In this document: piece by piece, positions 19,479 to 29,460 of the stretch
How positions within the stretch are numbered: the first letter of the stretch is position 1
How the letters are laid out: each line of letters opens with the position of its first letter
From: an uncultured Chloroflexia bacterium
GTDB lineage: Bacteria; Chloroflexota; Limnocylindria; Limnocylindrales; CSP1-4
Length of the DNA: 64,000 nucleotides
Reading direction: 5' to 3'
Assembly: GCA_963833225.1 (NCBI GenBank)
Contig: CAWHXD010000008.1
Location: forward strand, 32,001 to 96,000
The notes under the pieces: generated by a model
Databases searched by the model: none
What the model was told of the DNA's origin: nothing
Seen by the model: only the letters and a program-made list of their open reading frames with translations
Program-made: the position numbers and the translations under genes

Positions 19479-20818
19479 GCGGATGCCTCCTGTCGGGGCC
19501 TGCCGGCAAAGCGCACCTCGACCGCGTCGCGGTGGGCGAGGAGCCCCTCCGCCTCGGCCAGGGTCCGGATCACGGGTCGCAACGCCGCCAGTCCGTCGCG
19601 GGTGATTCGCTGGACCTGGCTGAACTTGCCGTAGGTCTCCACCGCGAGCGGGCCGCAGCTCCGGGCGAGACCGCCGGTCGGCAGCACGTGGTTGGCCCCC
19701 GACGCGTAGTCGCCCGCGGACTCGGGGGACCAGCGCCCGACGAAGATCGAGCCCGCGTTGCGGATGGCCGCCACGGCCGCTTCGAGATCCGCGACGTCCA
19801 CCGACAGGTGCTCCGGGCCATAGCCGTTCACGAACTCGATCCCGGCCTCGACGGAGGGGACGAGGACGATCCTCCCGTGGTCGGCCAGCGCCCGGCCCAG
19901 GATCTCTCGCCGCAGCGCGCCCGCCAGCCGTCGGCGGACCTCGACCTCCACCGCGTCGGCGAACGTCTCGTCCGCGGTCACCAGCAGGGCAGGGGAGTCA
20001 GGTCCGTGTTCGGCCTGGGTGATGAGGTCCGCGGCCACCGTCGCAACGTCGGCGGTCGCGTCGGCAAGCACGAGGCCCTCGGACGGGCCGGCCGGCAGGT
20101 CGATGCCGACCTCGCCCACGATCTCGACCTTGGCCGCCGTCACCCAGGTGCTGCCCGGGCCGACGACGAGATCGACGGGCGGCAGCCCTTCAGCCGGGAG
20201 GCCGTAGGCCAGGGCCCCGATCGCCTGGACGCCGCCGGCGACCAGCAGGGCATCCACGCCCAGCAAGCCGGCCGCGCCCAACAGCACCGGGTTGACCCGG
20301 CCCTCCCGGTCCGCGGGGCTTGCCGCGATGATCGAGCCGACGCCGGCGACCAGTGCCGGGACCGTTCCCATCACGAGCGAGCTCGGATACGGGGCGGAGC
20401 CGCCAGGAGCATAGACGCCGGCCCTCGCCACGGGCAGCCAGCGACGCTCGATCTCCACCCCGTCGATGACCGCGGTGCGCACCGATGTCGGCGGGCGCTG
20501 GCCCTCGGCAAAACGGCGGACATTGGCGATCGCGGCTTCGAGCGCATCGCGTGCGCCCGCCGGGAGGTCATCGGCGGCCGCGGCAAGCTCGTCGCGGGGT
20601 AGCAGGAGGCGTCTGTCATGGTGGCCGCCGCCAAACCTGGCGGAAGCCTCCCGGACCGCGACGGCCCCTCGCTCGCGGACATCGGCGAGGATCGCGCGGG
20701 CCTTCTCCCGGACGGCAGGATCCGGGACGGCCCCCCGACGGAACAGTCCATCGCGCGCCTGGATCGCGGCGGCATCAGGGTCGCGGAGATCGAGGCGCGT
20801 GATCTGGAGCTCGCTCAT
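19475..20818 (-). CDS. hisD: Histidinol dehydrogenase
   Basis: YAPGG, AGPSE, QAEHG, PEHL and GDYASGANHVLPT. Confidence 0.97.
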   Translation of the reverse strand: MSELQITRLDLRDPDAAAIQARDGLFRRGAVPDPAVREKARAILADVRERGAVAVREASARFGGGHHDRRLLLPRDELAAAADDLPAGARDALEAAIANVRRFAEGQRPPTSVRTAVIDGVEIERRWLPVARAGVYAPGGSAPYPSSLVMGTVPALVAGVGSIIAASPADREGRVNPVLLGAAGLLGVDALLVAGGVQAIGALAYGLPAEGLPPVDLVVGPGSTWVTAAKVEIVGEVGIDLPAGPSEGLVLADATADVATVAADLITQAEHGPDSPALLVTADETFADAVEVEVRRRLAGALRREILGRALADHGRIVLVPSVEAGIEFVNGYGPEHLSVDVADLEAAVAAIRNAGSIFVGRWSPESAGDYASGANHVLPTGGLARSCGPLAVETYGKFSQVQRITRDGLAALRPVIRTLAEAEGLLAHRDAVEVRFAGRPRQEASA

Positions 20819-21675
20819 GGGAGGATCTTCTCGATCGGGAGGACGAGGATCCCCGATGCCCCTGCGGTCTTGAGCCGCGGAAGGAGCCCCCAGACCTCGT
20901 CTGCCCCCACCACCGAGTGGATGGCGATCATCCCCGAGTGGGCCAGGGGGATCACCGACGGGGACTCGAGGCCGGGCAGGAGGTCCTCGAGCTCGCTGAG
21001 CTTGGCGGCGGGCGCGTTCATCATCAGGTACTTGCGCCCGCGGGCCGCGATGACCGAGCCAAGCATCGTCGAGATGCCGTCGAGCTCCTCCGCACGCTCG
21101 CGCGTCGCCTGCTCGTTGGTCACCAGGATCGCCTCGGACGTGAGCAGGTCACCGATCGTGCGCAGGCCGTTCATCGCGAGGGTTGAGCCGGTGGATACGA
21201 GGTCCACGATCGCGTCCGCCAGCCCGAGGCGGGGAGCCACCTCCACCGCGCCCGAGAGCGAGATCACCTCGACGGGGATCGCCTGCTGGGCGAAGAAGCG
21301 CCGGGTCACGTTCGGGTGCGAGGTGGCGATGCGGGTCCCGGCGAGGTCCGCGATCGACTCGTAGGGGGCATCGGCCGGAGCCGCGGCCGCGAGCCGGCAC
21401 CGCCCGAACCCCAGCTGGCGGAGCACGGGCAGGTCGATCCCGGTCTCGGCCAGGATGTCCCCCCCGGTGATGCCGGCGTCGGCCACCGCGTCGTTCACGA
21501 ACTCGATCACGTCGCCTGTCCGGACGAACAGGATGTCCAGGGGATGATTCTGGACGCGCGCCACCAGGCTCCGATCGTGCTCCTCGAACACCAGGCCCGC
21601 GTCATGCAGGAGCGCCAGCGTGGATTCGAGCAGCCGTCCCTTGTTGGGGATGGCCAGGCGGAGACGCTCCCTCAT
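20815..21675 (-). CDS. hisG: ATP phosphoribosyltransferase (long form)
   Basis: LAIPNKGRL, DAIVDLVSTGSTL and the C-terminal regulatory domain (PGLESPSV..GASGILVLPIEK). Confidence 0.96.
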   Translation of the reverse strand: MRERLRLAIPNKGRLLESTLALLHDAGLVFEEHDRSLVARVQNHPLDILFVRTGDVIEFVNDAVADAGITGGDILAETGIDLPVLRQLGFGRCRLAAAAPADAPYESIADLAGTRIATSHPNVTRRFFAQQAIPVEVISLSGAVEVAPRLGLADAIVDLVSTGSTLAMNGLRTIGDLLTSEAILVTNEQATRERAEELDGISTMLGSVIAARGRKYLMMNAPAAKLSELEDLLPGLESPSVIPLAHSGMIAIHSVVGADEVWGLLPRLKTAGASGILVLPIEKILP

Positions 21676-21998
21676 CGCTCGTCGCCGAGGGGGTAGGGGA
21701 GGGATCCATCGGCGCCCTTGAAGCGCTCGAGCATGTCCCGGTAACCGCCCTCGCCGTGATTGAGCCACGAGGCAATCCGGGTGATCGTCGCGGTGCTGGC
21801 ACCGGTCCGCGCGCTGATCTCCGCGTAGTGCATGCCGGCGTCCAGCAGGCGCACCACGGCCCAGCGCTGGGCCATGTCGTGGATCTCGCCGAGCGTGCAC
21901 AGGTCGCGGAGGAAGCGCTCGGCCGCGTCGCGATCCCCAAGGCGGAGGATCGCCTCGACGAGCGCGTCTGTGTCCTGGGTCCGCCAGTTGTCAGCCAC
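21672..21998 (-). CDS. TrpR-like YerC/YecD family regulator (HisR-like)
   Basis: FLRDLCTLGEI..AQR..YAEISARTGASTATITRI; GGAGGA SD before the GTG; first gene of the his operon. Confidence 0.9.
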   Translation of the reverse strand: MADNWRTQDTDALVEAILRLGDRDAAERFLRDLCTLGEIHDMAQRWAVVRLLDAGMHYAEISARTGASTATITRIASWLNHGEGGYRDMLERFKGADGSLPYPLGDER

Positions 21999-22049
21999 GA
22001 TCGTGTCCCGTCCTCCCGTCGGCCAGGCGTGTGATCGCCGTGGCGCTGC

Positions 22050-22087
22050 TGCTATGGTAGCGTAGTAGCGTGCTACAACGATAGCAT
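22050..22087. promoter_or_regulatory. Putative repressor operator/divergent promoter between hisR-like gene and hisA
   Basis: AT-richer TGCTATGGTAGCGTAGTAGCGTGCTACAACGATAGCA with TA cores every 8 bp and outer inverted TGCTAT/ATAGCA. Confidence 0.55.
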
Positions 22088-22106
22088 AAGACAAGGAGCC
22101 AGGTCG

Positions 22107-22856
22107 TTGTCAATGTTCGAGCTGCTGCCGGCGATCGATCTTCTCGGCGAGCGGGTGGTCCGCCTGCAGCAGGGAGACTTCGCCCGGGCAACGACGTACG
22201 GGTCCGACCCAGCGTCCGTCGCGAGCGCGTTCGTCGCCTCCGGCGCCGGCTGGCTGCACGTGGTGGACCTTGATGGCGCGAGGATGGGGGAGCCCAGGCA
22301 GCTGAGGCTCATCGCGGAGGTCGTGGCCGCCGTGAGCGGCCTGGCAAGGGTGGAGATCGGGGGTGGGCTGCGGACGGTCGGCGCCGTTGCCGGGGCGCTG
22401 GGCACCGGCGCCAGTCGCGCCGTGGTGGGTACGGCGGCCCTCCGTGACCCATCGTTCGCCGCGGAGCTGGTGGCCCGCCACGGGCCGGACAGGATCGTGG
22501 TCGCCATCGACGTCCGCGATGGCCTCGCGCTGGGAGAGGGCTGGCGCGACGGTGCGCCAGGGCTCCCGGCGGCGGACGCCATCGAGCTGCTGGCCCGGAC
22601 CGGCATCGGGACGTTCGAGGTGACGGCCATCGACCGCGACGGCCTCCTGGAGGGCCCGGACCTGGCGCTGCTCCGGGACCTCGTTGCCCTTGAGCGTGGG
22701 CGGATCATCGCCTCAGGCGGGGTGAGCTCCGTCGACGATGTCGTGGCGGTCCAGGCCGTCGGGTGCGCGGGCGCGATCGTCGGCCGGGCGCTGTACGAGG
22801 GTCACCTTCACGTCGCCGAGATCCTCGCCGCGCTCGACCGCGCCCACCATTCCTGA
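22107..22856 (+). CDS. hisA: ProFAR isomerase
   Basis: LLPAIDL..VVRLQQG, LHVVDLDGA, IGGGLR and TAIDRDG; SD AAGGAG before the TTG. Confidence 0.94.
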   Translation: MSMFELLPAIDLLGERVVRLQQGDFARATTYGSDPASVASAFVASGAGWLHVVDLDGARMGEPRQLRLIAEVVAAVSGLARVEIGGGLRTVGAVAGALGTGASRAVVGTAALRDPSFAAELVARHGPDRIVVAIDVRDGLALGEGWRDGAPGLPAADAIELLARTGIGTFEVTAIDRDGLLEGPDLALLRDLVALERGRIIASGGVSSVDDVVAVQAVGCAGAIVGRALYEGHLHVAEILAALDRAHHS

Positions 22857-22894
22857 CGGGGCCCCAGGGGTGCCTCACGGCGCCCGAGGTCCTG

Positions 22895-24970
22895 TCAGTG
22901 GCCCTCGGCCTGCTCCTTCTTGTGGGTCTCGATGATCTTCTCGGCGAGGTACGAGGGAACGTCCTCGTAGTGATCCAGCGTGGCGCTGAACGTGCCCCGC
23001 CCGCCGGTCAGCGAGCGCAGCTCGGTCGCATACGAGAACAGCTCGGCCTGCGGGACGTGGGCCGAGATGACCTGCATCCCGTCCGCCAGGTCCATGCCCA
23101 AGACGCGCCCTCGTCGACCATTGAGATCGCGGTTGACCTCGCCCATGTACTGCTCGGGGATGCGGACCTCGACGGTCATGATGGGCTCGAGCAGGACCGG
23201 CTTCGCCTGGAGCACGCCGTCCTTGAGGGCCATCGAGGCGGCGATCTTGAACGACAGCTCGTTGGAGTCCACCTGGTGGAACGAGCCGTCGTACAGGGTG
23301 GCCTTGAAGTCGATCAACGGGTAGCCGGCCAGGACGCCTTCCGCCGCCGTCTCGCGGACACCCTTCTCGATGCCGGGGAAGAAGCCCCTCGGGACGGACC
23401 CACCGACGACTCGCTCCGCGAACTCGACGCCGGCCGCGGGATTGGGCTCCAACTCCAGCCACACGTCACCGAACATCCCGTGGCCACCGGTCTGCTTCTT
23501 GTAGCGCCCGTGGACCTGGGTCTTGCCGCGGATCGTCTCGCGATACGGGACCCTGGGGGTCCGGGTGGCGATGGCGGCACCGAACTTGCGCTTGAGCCGC
23601 TCGCAGATGACCGTCACGTGGGCCTCGCCGATCGCGCGCAGGATCTGCTCGCCGGTATCGGATCGCTCGACGCGGGCCGTCGGCTCCTCCTCGAGCATCC
23701 GCTGGAGCGCCGGGCCCATCTTGTCCAGGTCGCCCTTGGACACCGGGTCGATGGCGACCTGGAGGGTGGGCTCCGGGAACGTGATCGGGGGAAGGCGCAG
23801 GCCGAGCTCGTGGGACGACAGCGTGTCGCCGGTCTCCGTCACGCCCAGCTTCGCGACCGCGCCGATCTCACCGGCACGGAGCTCGGCCGCCGGCTCCTGC
23901 TCCTTGCCGTGGAGGTAGAGCAGCTGGCCGACGCGCTCGTCCTCGCCCTTGACCGAGTTGTACACCGACCCCTGGCTCTTGAGCGTGCCCGCGAGGACCC
24001 GCAGGTAGGTGAGCCGTCCCACGTACGGATCCGCGGAGGTCTTGAACACCCGCACCAGCAGCTTGTCGCCGCCCACGTCGACGGACACGGCCTTGCCGCC
24101 CTTGTCCGTGGCCGCGTGGGGCCCCTCCTCGTCCGGCGACGGGAGGTAGCGCGCGATCGCGTCGAGGAGCGCCCCGAGCCCGATGCCCCGGGCGCCCGAT
24201 GCGACCAGCACCGGTGCCAGGATCGACTCACGGACGCCCTTGTGGAGGCATGCGTCCAACTCCGCGTCCGAGATCTCCTCCTCGCCGAGGTACTTCTCGA
24301 ACACGGCGTCGTCCGCTTCGGCCGCGGCCTCGAGCAGCTGGTCGCGACGGAGAGCCACCTCGTCGGCCAGCTCGGCCGGGATGGGGATCTCCACGTCCTT
24401 GGTGCCGTCGAACTGGTAGGCCTTGCGATGGACGAGGTCCACGTAGCCGCTGAACGTCTCCCCGGCGCCGATCGCGATATGGAGCGGCGCGATCTTGTTG
24501 CCGAACGCGGCGCGCAGGGCATCGAGCGCCGCCGCCGGGTTGGCGTTCTCGCGGTCGCACTTGTTGAGCACGAAGCAGGCCGCGATCCCGGTATCGCGCC
24601 CGGTCCTGACCGCCGTCTCGAGACCGGCCTCGACGCCACCCGACGCGTCCATCACGAACAGCGCGGCATCGGCGGCGTGGAAGCCCTCGATCATCTCGGC
24701 CACGAAGTCCGGGTAGCCGGGCGTGTCGACGACGGTGATCTCGTGCTCGCCGTGCTCGAACGTGCCGACGGCGAGGCTCAGCGACCGGTTCTGCTTCTGC
24801 TCCTCCGGCTCGTAGTCGAGGTGCGCGGTGCCATCGTCCACGCGGCCCAGGCGCGGGATCGCGCCGGCTCGAAAGAGCACCTGCTCCGCGAGGGTCGTCT
24901 TGCCGCTCCCGGCATGGCCCGCGAGCACGACGCTCCGGATATGGGCGAGGTCGTGGCTCTTCAACGTCAT
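22895..24970 (-). CDS. Elongation factor G paralog (EF-G2-type)
   Basis: GHAGSGKTT, DTPGYPDF, NKCD, KKQTGGHG and VDSNELSF. Lacks RGITI and lies outside the str operon. Confidence 0.92.
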   Translation of the reverse strand: MTLKSHDLAHIRSVVLAGHAGSGKTTLAEQVLFRAGAIPRLGRVDDGTAHLDYEPEEQKQNRSLSLAVGTFEHGEHEITVVDTPGYPDFVAEMIEGFHAADAALFVMDASGGVEAGLETAVRTGRDTGIAACFVLNKCDRENANPAAALDALRAAFGNKIAPLHIAIGAGETFSGYVDLVHRKAYQFDGTKDVEIPIPAELADEVALRRDQLLEAAAEADDAVFEKYLGEEEISDAELDACLHKGVRESILAPVLVASGARGIGLGALLDAIARYLPSPDEEGPHAATDKGGKAVSVDVGGDKLLVRVFKTSADPYVGRLTYLRVLAGTLKSQGSVYNSVKGEDERVGQLLYLHGKEQEPAAELRAGEIGAVAKLGVTETGDTLSSHELGLRLPPITFPEPTLQVAIDPVSKGDLDKMGPALQRMLEEEPTARVERSDTGEQILRAIGEAHVTVICERLKRKFGAAIATRTPRVPYRETIRGKTQVHGRYKKQTGGHGMFGDVWLELEPNPAAGVEFAERVVGGSVPRGFFPGIEKGVRETAAEGVLAGYPLIDFKATLYDGSFHQVDSNELSFKIAASMALKDGVLQAKPVLLEPIMTVEVRIPEQYMGEVNRDLNGRRGRVLGMDLADGMQVISAHVPQAELFSYATELRSLTGGRGTFSATLDHYEDVPSYLAEKIIETHKKEQAEGH

Positions 24971-25143
24971 CGCGCGCGGTACCTCTCGATGGTTCTCCCG
25001 CGAGGCCGGCAGCCCGGCCGCGACGGGGCAGTTGGCGCAGGGTGCGCAGTTGGTGATGCCCGATCCTTCGGTGCCGGCAGGTGACGCCCGGGTGCCGGCC
25101 GACGGACGGTCTGCCACGATGTTAGCGGGTATACTCCCGCCCG

Positions 25144-25893
25144 ATGTCAGGACACTCCAAATGGTCGACGATCAAGCGCCAAAAAGGCGCCAATGACGCC
25201 AAGCGCGGCGCGATGTTCACCAAGGTCGCGCGCGAGGTCGCCGTGGCTGCCCGGGCGGGCGGTGGTGACCCGGATGCCAACTACCGGCTGCGGCTGGCCA
25301 TCGACAAGGCCCGCTCGATCAACATGCCCGCGGACAACATCAAGCGGGCGATCGAGAAGGCGACAGGCGGCGGCGATGCCGAGCAGTACGAGGAGGTTGT
25401 CTACGAGGGCTACGGGCCCGGTGGCGTCGCGGTCCTCGTCGAGGCGGCCACCGACAACCGCAACCGGACCGCAGCCGAGGTCCGCTCGATCTTCGCCAAG
25501 ACCGGGGGCCAGCTTGCCGGCTCCGGCGCGGTCGCCTGGCAGTTCGAGGTCCGGGGCCTGATCACGGTCGACCGGGGCACGGTGGACGCGGACGAGGTGG
25601 CCCTCGCGGCGATCGACGCCGGCGCCGCCGATGTCGACACGGACACGGACCCGATCGAGATCTACACCGAGCCATCGGAGCTGTACGCGGTCCGCAAGGC
25701 GATCGAGGGCTCCGGGATCGCGGTCGACGACGCGGAATCCGCGATGATCGCCAAGCAGACGGTGAACCTCGACGCGGACCACGTGCGCAAGGCCCTGCGC
25801 CTGGTGGAGCTGCTCGAGGACCTCGAGGACGTCCAGCGCGTCACGACCAACGTCGACATCCCCGAGGACGTCCTGGCCGAGATGGCCGGGTGA
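25144..25893 (+). CDS. yebC: YebC/PmpR family protein
   Basis: MSGHSKWSTIKRQKG, YEGYGPGG and TDNRNRT. Confidence 0.97.
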   Translation: MSGHSKWSTIKRQKGANDAKRGAMFTKVAREVAVAARAGGGDPDANYRLRLAIDKARSINMPADNIKRAIEKATGGGDAEQYEEVVYEGYGPGGVAVLVEAATDNRNRTAAEVRSIFAKTGGQLAGSGAVAWQFEVRGLITVDRGTVDADEVALAAIDAGAADVDTDTDPIEIYTEPSELYAVRKAIEGSGIAVDDAESAMIAKQTVNLDADHVRKALRLVELLEDLEDVQRVTTNVDIPEDVLAEMAG

Positions 25894-26555
25894 TCGTGCT
25901 CGGGATCGACCCCGGGACGGCCGCCATGGGCTACGGGATCGTCGAGCGGAGGGGCGGCAGCCTGCGGGCGGTTGACTACGGCTGCCTCACCACCAGCCCG
26001 GACCTCGCCCTGCCGGATCGCCTCCGCCAGATCCATGCCCTGGTCGCCGAGCTCATCGAGACGCACCGGCCCGAGCTCGTGGCCGTGGAGCGCCTGTTCT
26101 TCTCCCGGAACGCACAGACGGCCCTCGCGGTGGGCCATGCCCGCGGGGTCGTGCTCCTCGCGGCGGCCCAGGCCGGTGTCGCGGTGCGCGAGGCGACGCC
26201 CAACGAGGTCAAGGTGGGTGTCACCGGCTACGGCGCGGCGGACAAGGACCAGGTGGGCAAGATGGTCGCGGTGATCCTCCAGCTCGCCGACGTCCCGACA
26301 CCCGATGACACGGCCGATGCGCTCGCGACGGCCATCTGCATCGCCAACGCGGAGCGCCCCGGGGTCCACGAGGGGGCAACCGCCGGTGAGCGAGCGGGCG
26401 TGATGGACCGGTCGGCCGTGGCGCCCATCGTGCGCGGCGAGACGCCCTACGAGCGGTCCGTCCGCGAGGCGATCGCCCGCGAGGCCAAGGTGCCCGCCAG
26501 GCCAGGGCGCAAGGGCGGCGGGGCGCCGCGGGCAGCTGACCGACGTGCCTCCTAG
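25890..26555 (+). CDS. ruvC: Holliday junction resolvase RuvC
   Basis: LGIDPG, AVERLFF, VTGYGAADK and DDTADALA, with a C-terminal extension. Confidence 0.96.
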   Translation: MIVLGIDPGTAAMGYGIVERRGGSLRAVDYGCLTTSPDLALPDRLRQIHALVAELIETHRPELVAVERLFFSRNAQTALAVGHARGVVLLAAAQAGVAVREATPNEVKVGVTGYGAADKDQVGKMVAVILQLADVPTPDDTADALATAICIANAERPGVHEGATAGERAGVMDRSAVAPIVRGETPYERSVREAIAREAKVPARPGRKGGGAPRAADRRAS

Positions 26556-26570
26556 CCGGGGTCCGCTCGA

Positions 26571-27164
26571 GTGATCGCGTCGGTCGAGGGCGTGGTCGCT
26601 GCCATCGCCGCGGATTCGCTCGTCATCGAGGTCGGCGGCATCGGCTACCGGGTGTTCACTGCGCCGGCGGTCATCGCGGGGGCATCTCCCGGCAGCCGGC
26701 TCAAGCTCCACACGTATCACCTGGTGCGCGAGGATCAGCAGGCGCTGTTCGGGTTCCGGACCCCAGAGGAGCTCGGGTTCTTCAACCTGCTGCTGACCGT
26801 GACCGGCGTCGGGCCGAAGGTCGCGCTGGCGATCGTGGGGTCGCGGGCGACGGCGGACCTCCAGCTTGCGATCCTGCAGCAGGACCAGGCCGTGCTGGTG
26901 TCGATCCCGGGCATCGGCAAGAAGCTGGCCGAGCGGATCATCTTCGAGCTCAAGGAGAAGGTCTCGGCCGCGGGGATCGCCGCCGGCACGTCCGCGGCGA
27001 CCGCGACCGCGTCCGAGGGCGAGGTGGTGGGTGCCCTGCAGGCGCTCGGCTACTCGCTCGGCGAAGCGCGCGAGGCGTCCCGGCTGGCGCTCCAGGACGC
27101 GGGCGTGGGGGCCGGCCTGGAGGAGCGCGTCAAGGCGGCGCTTCGCACACTGCTGCGCGACTGA
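26571..27164 (+). CDS. ruvA: Holliday junction DNA-binding protein RuvA
   Basis: EVGGIGY, VRED, GVGPK, PGIGKKLAERIIFELK and ALQALGY. Confidence 0.97.
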   Translation: MIASVEGVVAAIAADSLVIEVGGIGYRVFTAPAVIAGASPGSRLKLHTYHLVREDQQALFGFRTPEELGFFNLLLTVTGVGPKVALAIVGSRATADLQLAILQQDQAVLVSIPGIGKKLAERIIFELKEKVSAAGIAAGTSAATATASEGEVVGALQALGYSLGEAREASRLALQDAGVGAGLEERVKAALRTLLRD

Positions 27165-27171
27165 GGCCGCG

Positions 27172-28330
27172 GTGCGGATCGCGTTCGGCACCAACCCCGC
27201 ATTCGGTCACGTGCTCCCGTTGCTGCCGCTTGCGCTTGCCGCCCGGGACGCCGGCCACGACATCGCCGTGATCGGGGGTGCGGCCGTCGGCCCGGTGGCG
27301 GGCGCCCACGGAATCCGCCACGTGGAGGCTGGTCCGCCGGATCTCGCGACGGTCTTCGCCCAGATCGATGCCGGGAGCCTGGCGGGTCCGCGACTCTCCG
27401 TCCGCGTGTGGTCGCGGGGGTTTGCCGAGGTCGTCGCCCGCGCCGCTTGCCCACGCGCTCCTGGACCTTGCGCCGGACTGGCGACCGGACCTCGTCGTCC
27501 ACGAGGACAGCGAGCAGGGGACCTGGATCGGGGCTGAGCGGCTCGGCATCCCGCACATCGCCCTCCAGGCGACGGCATGGCGTGGGCCGATGCGACGGTT
27601 GAGCGCGGAGCCCGCGTCCCGCATCCGCGAGGAGCTGGGACTGCCGGCCCAGCCCGCGCTCGAGGCGTGGAACCGGTACGGGTTCCTGACCACGCGCCCG
27701 CCCGCCCTTCGCGATCCGGCCGATCCGATGCCGGTCGGGACCCTCGAGCTCCGGCCGGTCGCCGTCGACGACGATGGCAGCACGTCCGCCCCGTGGCTCG
27801 ACCGGCCACCGATCGGCGACGCCCGGATCGCGGTGACGCTGGGGACGGTCGCGCCCGAGCGCCGCGTGCCGCTGATCACGACGGTGCTCGACGCCCTGGG
27901 GCCTCTTGCCGCCGAGGTTGTGGTCGCGCTTGGCCCCGGGCTTGATCCCAACCAGTTCCTGCCACGCGGGGACAACGTGCGCCTGGTCAGCTTCGTGCCC
28001 ATGTCCCGCCTGCTGCCCGCAAGCGATCTCGTCGTCTGCCACGCGGGTTCCGGGACGGTCATGGCGGCGCTGGCGGCGGGACGCCCGATGGTGCTGCTGC
28101 CGATGGCGGCCGACCAGCCGGCCAACGCCGCGGCGTGCGCGGCCTCAGGCGCCGCCGTGGTCATCGAGCCCGACGGTTGGGCGCCAGGCAAGATCCGGGC
28201 CGAGGTGGAGGCTGCGCTGGCCAACCCGGAGCTTGCCCGCGCCGCGCTCGCCGTGCGTGCCGAGATCGAGGCCATGCCGCCGCCCGCGGCGCTGGTGCCG
28301 GTGCTGGAACGGCTGGCCGGCGCCGGGTGA
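27172..28330 (+). CDS. GT1/MGT (EryCIII-like) glycosyltransferase, apparent +1 frameshift near 27439
   Basis: N-terminal PAFGHVLPLLPLA in one frame; WRPDLVV, VTLGT, VCHAGSGT and ADQPANA in the next. Confidence 0.85.
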
Positions 28331-28336
28331 CGGCAG

Positions 28337-28352
28337 TCGAACATCTGTACCA
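28337..28352. promoter_or_regulatory. Candidate LexA (SOS) box upstream of ruvB
   Basis: TCGAAC-ATCT-GTACCA, one mismatch from GAAC-N4-GTTC, near the -35 region of a TGCTAGACT extended -10. Confidence 0.55.
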
Positions 28353-28384
28353 AATGGACGCCTGAACCTGCTAGACTCCGACCG

Positions 28385-29458
28385 ATGACCGATGACCCCA
28401 TGAGCCTTCTCGCGGCCGGTTCCGGCGACCTCGGCGAGCTCGTCGTCGAGGGCTCCCTGCGCCCGCGGACGCTGGACGAATACGTCGGCCAGCGTGACGT
28501 GAAGGCGAGCCTCACGGTCCTGCTCCAGGCCGCCAAGGCGCGAGGGGAGGCGGCGGACCACGTCCTGCTCTACGGGCCGCCCGGCCTGGGCAAGACCACG
28601 CTCGCGACGATCATCGCCCGTGAGCTCGGCGTCAACGTCCGCTACACCAGCGGCCCGGCGGTCGAGCGGGCGGGGGACCTCGCGGCCATCCTCACCGCGC
28701 TCGACGAGCGGGACGTCCTGTTCATCGACGAGATCCACCGGCTCAATCGGGCCGTCGAGGAGATTCTCTATCCGGCGATGGAGGACTTCGCGCTCGATGT
28801 CATGATCGGCAAGGGACCCAGCGCCCGCAGCCTGCGCCTCAGCCTCAAGCCGTTCACCGTCGTGGGCGCGACCACGCGCGCCGGCCGCATCAGCGGGCCG
28901 CTGCGGGACCGGTTCGGGATGACCTACCGGCTCGACTTCTACGAGGAAGACGACCTGACGGCCATCGTCCGTCGCTCGGCCGGGATCCTGGGGGTCGAGG
29001 TGGACGCGGACGCAGCTCGCCTGATCGCGATGCGCGGCCGCGGCACACCCCGCATCGTCAACCGGCTCCTGCGACGCGTCCGTGACCACGCGGAGGTCCA
29101 CGGGGACGGCCGGGTCCACGAGCAGGCCGTGGCCGAGGCGATGACGATCCTCGAGATCGACGACCTCGGGCTCGACGCCACGGACCGCAAGCTGCTTGCG
29201 GCCATCATCCAGAAGTTCGGGTCCGGGCCGGTCGGGGTCCAGGCACTGGCCGCCGTCCTGGCCGAAGAGTCGGACACCATCGAGGACGTCTACGAGCCGT
29301 TCCTCCTGCGCCTCGGATTCCTTGACCGCACCCCGCAGGGCCGCATCGCGACGGAGGCCGCCCGGGCCCACCTCGCCTCGCTTGGCTACGAGATCCCGGC
29401 ACCGCGCCGGGCCGAGCCCGAGATGCCGGCACTCTGGGACGACCTGCCGGCCCGCTGA
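28385..29458 (+). CDS. ruvB: Holliday junction helicase RuvB
   Basis: [35 protein letters not shown] and RTPQGR. Confidence 0.98.
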   Translation: MTDDPMSLLAAGSGDLGELVVEGSLRPRTLDEYVGQRDVKASLTVLLQAAKARGEAADHVLLYGPPGLGKTTLATIIARELGVNVRYTSGPAVERAGDLAAILTALDERDVLFIDEIHRLNRAVEEILYPAMEDFALDVMIGKGPSARSLRLSLKPFTVVGATTRAGRISGPLRDRFGMTYRLDFYEEDDLTAIVRRSAGILGVEVDADAARLIAMRGRGTPRIVNRLLRRVRDHAEVHGDGRVHEQAVAEAMTILEIDDLGLDATDRKLLAAIIQKFGSGPVGVQALAAVLAEESDTIEDVYEPFLLRLGFLDRTPQGRIATEAARAHLASLGYEIPAPRRAEPEMPALWDDLPAR

Positions 29459-29460
29459 CC

